Below, one piece after another: positions 60,448-64,000 of a stretch of DNA of 64,000 bases. The stretch is taken from the NCBI GenBank assembly GCA_963748015.1, contig CAVVHE010000008.1, forward strand, positions 192,001 to 256,000. The letters are read 5' to 3'. Under the pieces are notes generated by a model. The model worked only from the letters and a program-made list of their open reading frames with translations. It searched no databases and was not told the DNA's origin. The position numbers were made by a program, and so were the translations under genes. The DNA is from Terriglobia bacterium (lineage in GTDB: Bacteria; Acidobacteriota; Polarisedimenticolia; Polarisedimenticolales; JAIQFR01). Position 1 is the stretch's first letter. The number at the start of each line of letters is the position of its first letter.

Positions 60448-61338
60448 ATGCGATTCCGGGCCTGCTTCCTTGCCGCCGCCGTCGCCTCCGCCCTCGCGGT
60501 GGGGGCGGAGACGGCTCCCGCCCCCAAGGTCTCCGCCGGCCTCGACGGCCTCGTCGCCGCCGAGCGGGCCTTCGCGAAGATGTCCGAGGAGAAGGGGATG
60601 CGCGAGGCGTTCCTCGCCTGGCTCGGCGAGGACGCCGTGCTGTTCCGTCCGCGCCCGGTCCCGGGGCTCGCCTGGATGCGCGAGCGGCCCGCCCCCAAGG
60701 GAGCGCTGCTGTGGAGCCCCGATTTCGCGGAGCTCTCCGACGCGGGGGACCTCGGCGTGACCTCGGGGCCCTGGGAGTACAGGCCCCCGGCCGACGCGAA
60801 GCAGCCGTCCGAGCACGGGCACTTCGTGACCGTGTGGCGGCACCGCCCGGGAGAGGGATGGAAGGTCGCGGTGGACATCGGCATCTCCCACCCGCCGGAC
60901 CCCGCCGCCGCGGAAGGAGTGACCTCGCCGCCCCCCCGCTCCGCGTCGAGCGTCAGGAAGGACGCGGTCCGCTCGAGCATCGACTTGTCGCTCCTCGCCG
61001 CGGAGGAGGAGCTCGAGAAGGCGGCCGCGGAGAAGGGCTTCGCCGCGGCGCTCCTCGATCGCGCCGCCTACGACCTCCGCCTGTACCGCGAGGGGTCGGT
61101 CCCGGCCGTCACCCGCCCGGCCGCGGGCGCCGCGCTCGCCTCGGACGCCTCGAGGCCGACGTTCAAGGTCGAGGGCTCCGGCTTCTCGCGCTCGGGAGAC
61201 CTCGGCTATGTCTACGGCGCGCGCTTCGCGCAGCCGGGGAAGCAGGACGCCGCCTTCCTCCGGATCTGGCGCCGGGGCCCCGGCAAGGTCTGGCGCGTCT
61301 CGCTCGACCTGGCCATGCCGGTGCCGGCGGGCTCCTAG
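60448..61338 (+). CDS. Secreted tandem NTF2-like (DUF4440-type) protein
   Basis: Signal peptide; AAERAF...SDAGDLG...FVTVW...WKV.VD, repeated as SRSGDLGY...FLRIW...WRV.LD. Confidence 0.78.
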   Translation: MRFRACFLAAAVASALAVGAETAPAPKVSAGLDGLVAAERAFAKMSEEKGMREAFLAWLGEDAVLFRPRPVPGLAWMRERPAPKGALLWSPDFAELSDAGDLGVTSGPWEYRPPADAKQPSEHGHFVTVWRHRPGEGWKVAVDIGISHPPDPAAAEGVTSPPPRSASSVRKDAVRSSIDLSLLAAEEELEKAAAEKGFAAALLDRAAYDLRLYREGSVPAVTRPAAGAALASDASRPTFKVEGSGFSRSGDLGYVYGARFAQPGKQDAAFLRIWRRGPGKVWRVSLDLAMPVPAGS

Positions 61339-61408
61339 GCGCCGGCTCCGCCCGTACGGCGATAGAATGGGGAGGCCCGCCTCGGGAAGGCACGACTGGA
61401 GGGCCGCC

Positions 61409-62395
61409 ATGGACGCCGCCGCACAGACCCGCTATCGCGACGGATTGACCGACCGGCGCCGCCGGCTCGCCTCCGCGATCGACGCCCACGGCCCGAGCGA
61501 GGACCTCGGCCGCCTCATCGGCGAGGTGGACGCCGCGCTCGAGCGGATGCAGGGCGGAACTTACGGGATCTGCGAGACCTGCCACGACCCGATCGAGGAG
61601 GACCGGCTCGCGGTCGATCCCCTCCTCCGCTTCTGCCTCGACCACCTGACCCCGCCGGAGCAGCGCGCCCTCGAGCAGGACCTCCAGCTCGCGGGCCGCA
61701 TTCAGGGAGGCCTCCTCCCGCGGCCCGACGTGCGTGCCCACGGCTGGGAAGTCCACCGCCGCTACGAGCCGCTCGGCGCGGTGAGCGGCGACTACTGCGA
61801 CCTCGTCGCCGCCGGCGGCGGGCCGGAGCAGTACCTGCTCCTCGGGGACGTCGCGGGCAAGGGCGTCTCGGCCTCCATCATGATGGCGCAGCTCCACGCC
61901 ACGTTCCGGACGCTCATCGACTTCGGGCTCCCGCTCGAGACGCTCCTCGAGCGGGCGAACCGGATCTTCTGCGAGAGCGTGGCGTCGTCGAAGTACGCGA
62001 CGCTGGTCTGCGCGAAGCTCGGCCCGTCCGGCGGCGTCGCCATAGCGAACGCCGGGCACCTTCCGCCGCTCCTCTTGAGCGCCGGTGGCGTCACGCCGTT
62101 CCCGGCATCGGGGCTCCCGATGGGTCTCTTCTGCTCGGGGAGCTTCTCGCTGCAGGCCGTCGCCCTCCGGCCCGGGGACACGCTGTTCCTCTACACGGAC
62201 GGCCTCACCGAGGCGCGCAATCCCGCGGGAGAGGAATACGGTCTCGACCGCCTCGCGGCCTTCCTCGCCCCGCGTCGCGAGCTCTCCCCCGCCGCGTTGG
62301 CGGACGCCTGCCTCGCCGACCTCGCGTCCTTCGGCGCCGGCGTCCCGCGCACCGACGACCTCACGCTGATGGTGGCGCGGCGGACCGGCTCCTAG
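61409..62395 (+). CDS. SpoIIE/RsbU-type PP2C phosphatase with N-terminal DksA/TraR-like zinc finger
   Basis: GTYGICETC...FCLDH; SGDYCD, GDVAGKG, NAGHLPP, YTDGLTE and DDLT motifs. Confidence 0.9.
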   Translation: MDAAAQTRYRDGLTDRRRRLASAIDAHGPSEDLGRLIGEVDAALERMQGGTYGICETCHDPIEEDRLAVDPLLRFCLDHLTPPEQRALEQDLQLAGRIQGGLLPRPDVRAHGWEVHRRYEPLGAVSGDYCDLVAAGGGPEQYLLLGDVAGKGVSASIMMAQLHATFRTLIDFGLPLETLLERANRIFCESVASSKYATLVCAKLGPSGGVAIANAGHLPPLLLSAGGVTPFPASGLPMGLFCSGSFSLQAVALRPGDTLFLYTDGLTEARNPAGEEYGLDRLAAFLAPRRELSPAALADACLADLASFGAGVPRTDDLTLMVARRTGS

Positions 62396-63421
62396 ATGCC
62401 CGCGTTGCTGGAGGTCGAGAACCTCCGCGTCGCGTACGACGGCGCCGCGGGGCCCGTGCGCGCGGTGGACGGCGTGTCGTTCGCCATCGAGGAGGGCGAG
62501 ACCTACGCCCTCGTCGGCGAGTCCGGCTGCGGCAAGTCCGCGACCGCTCTCGCCGTGCTCCGGCTCGCCGAGCCCGGGCGCATCACCGGCGGCCGGATCG
62601 TGTTCGAGGGGCGCGACCTCACGGCGCTGCCCGAGCCCGAGATGCGCAAGGTGCGGGGGGCGAGGATCGGGATGATCTTCCAGGAGGCCGCCGCCGCGCT
62701 CAACCCGGTGATGCGGGTCGGCACGCAGGTCGGCGAGGCCCTGCGCATCCACCGCGGCCTCTCCAGGAAGGAAGCCGCCGCCGAGGCGGTCCGGCTCCTC
62801 CGCCTCGTCTCGCTCCCCGATCCCGAGCGGCAGGTCCGCGCGTATCCCCACGAGCTTTCGGGGGGCATGAAGCAGCGGGTCATGGCGGCGATCGCGCTGT
62901 CCTGCTCCCCGGCGCTCCTGATCGCCGACGAGCCGACCACCTCGGTCGACGTCACGATCCAGGCGCAGATCCTGGCGCTCCTGCGCGACCTCAAGCGCTC
63001 GATGCGGCTGACCGTCCTGCTCATCACGCACGACCTGGGCGTGGTGGCCGAGAACGCCGACCGCGTCGGCGTCATGTACGCGGGACGGATGGCCGAGGAG
63101 GCGGGGGTGGCGGAGCTCTTTCGCGATCCCCGGCATCCCTACACCCGCGGGCTGCTCCGCTCGGTGATGGGCGCGCTCCCCGGCGAGCCCCCGCCGCCGG
63201 ACGGACGGCGCCGGCGCCTCCCGACGCTTCCCGGAGCGGTTCCCGATCCCGCGGCACCTCCCGCGGGTTGCCGCTTCCACCCGAGGTGCCCGGAGGCGTT
63301 CGAGCCGTGCGCGCGCCTTGCGCCGCCGGACGTCCCGGTGGGGCCCCGCCGGCGCGCCGCCTGCTTTCTCGAGGACCCGGCGCACGCGCCGGCCCGAACC
63401 GCCCCGGGAGCGCGCGCATGA
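62396..63421 (+). CDS. Oligo/dipeptide ABC transporter ATPase (OppD/DppD-like)
   Basis: [30 protein letters not shown] and GCRFHPRC motifs. Confidence 0.93.
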   Translation: MPALLEVENLRVAYDGAAGPVRAVDGVSFAIEEGETYALVGESGCGKSATALAVLRLAEPGRITGGRIVFEGRDLTALPEPEMRKVRGARIGMIFQEAAAALNPVMRVGTQVGEALRIHRGLSRKEAAAEAVRLLRLVSLPDPERQVRAYPHELSGGMKQRVMAAIALSCSPALLIADEPTTSVDVTIQAQILALLRDLKRSMRLTVLLITHDLGVVAENADRVGVMYAGRMAEEAGVAELFRDPRHPYTRGLLRSVMGALPGEPPPPDGRRRRLPTLPGAVPDPAAPPAGCRFHPRCPEAFEPCARLAPPDVPVGPRRRAACFLEDPAHAPARTAPGARA

Positions 63422-64000
63422 GCGCGGGCGGGAAGGTCCTCGTCGAGGCCCGGGGGCTCGCGAAGTCGTTCGCCTCGCGCGGGCGGATCTTCGGCGGCAA
63501 GGGCCCGGCCGTGCGCGCGGTGGACGGCGTCGATCTCGACGTTCGCGAGGGAGAGACGCTCGGCCTCGTCGGCGAGTCGGGCTCGGGCAAGTCCACGACG
63601 GGGAGGATGCTGATCCGGCTGGTCGAGCCGGACGCCGGCTCGATCCGCTTCGACGGCGCCGACCTGCTCGCGCTCCCGCCGCGGGAGCTGCGCCGAAAGC
63701 GGCGGGAGTTCCAGCTCGTCTTCCAGGATCCGTACGGGTCGCTCAACCCGCGGATGCGCGTCGGGAGCATCGTCGGCGAGCCGCTGGCGATCCACGGCAT
63801 CGGCGCCACCCGGGCCGAGCGCAAGGCGCGGGTCGCCGAGCTGCTCGGCTGGGTCGGCCTCGACCCGTCCGTCGCGGACCGGTACCCTCACGAGTTTTCG
63901 GGAGGGCAGCGGCAGCGCATCGGCATCGCGCGGGCGATCGCGTGCTCGCCGCGGTTCGTCGTCGCGGACGAGCCGGTGTCGGCGCTCGACCCGCCGGTGC
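63418..64000 (+). CDS. Oligo/dipeptide ABC transporter ATPase (OppF/DppF-like); runs off the window end
   Basis: Read from the sequence: [28 protein letters not shown] and [18 protein letters not shown] overlap with the previous gene. Confidence 0.92.
   Translation, partial: MSAGGKVLVEARGLAKSFASRGRIFGGKGPAVRAVDGVDLDVREGETLGLVGESGSGKSTTGRMLIRLVEPDAGSIRFDGADLLALPPRELRRKRREFQLVFQDPYGSLNPRMRVGSIVGEPLAIHGIGATRAERKARVAELLGWVGLDPSVADRYPHEFSGGQRQRIGIARAIACSPRFVVADEPVSALDPPV

Overview
This is a GC-rich bacterial chromosomal segment with about 48 genes and no recognisable tRNA, rRNA, CRISPR array, integrase or transposase. The gene content (VWFA-related secreted protein, kinase fused to a TolB-like propeller, DksA-finger/PP2C fusion) suggests an Acidobacteriota-like organism; this is an inference. 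Most of the window is housekeeping and amino-acid/PLP metabolism: the end of a NiFe-hydrogenase operon, rnhA-yggS-divIVA-hutI, rocD, pit, a group II decarboxylase, a fused 2-oxoacid dehydrogenase E1, arcC, hflX, MocR-pdxS-pdxT-ilvE, purL/Q, lepA, fabI, tsaD, mtnA, a methylmalonyl-CoA mutase large subunit and Opp/Dpp ATPases. The standout is a mirror-image four-gene module at 44.6-51.1 kb. Each of two divergent operons pairs a secreted beta-helix protein ending in a dockerin-like domain with a lipoprotein built from cohesin-like domains, suggesting a non-cellulosomal cohesin-dockerin surface-display system. In one lipoprotein a complete cohesin-like domain is nested inside another. Other notable items are a 2.6-kb cassette between exact 40-bp direct repeats, two long intergenic palindromes, a probable ATA start codon for hflX, an atypical kinase-like membrane protein coupled to an MMPL exporter, and a candidate C-terminal sorting domain. 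purL, lepA and mtnA carry single-base frameshifts that look like sequencing errors. All domain calls come from reading motifs by eye; no database searches were run.
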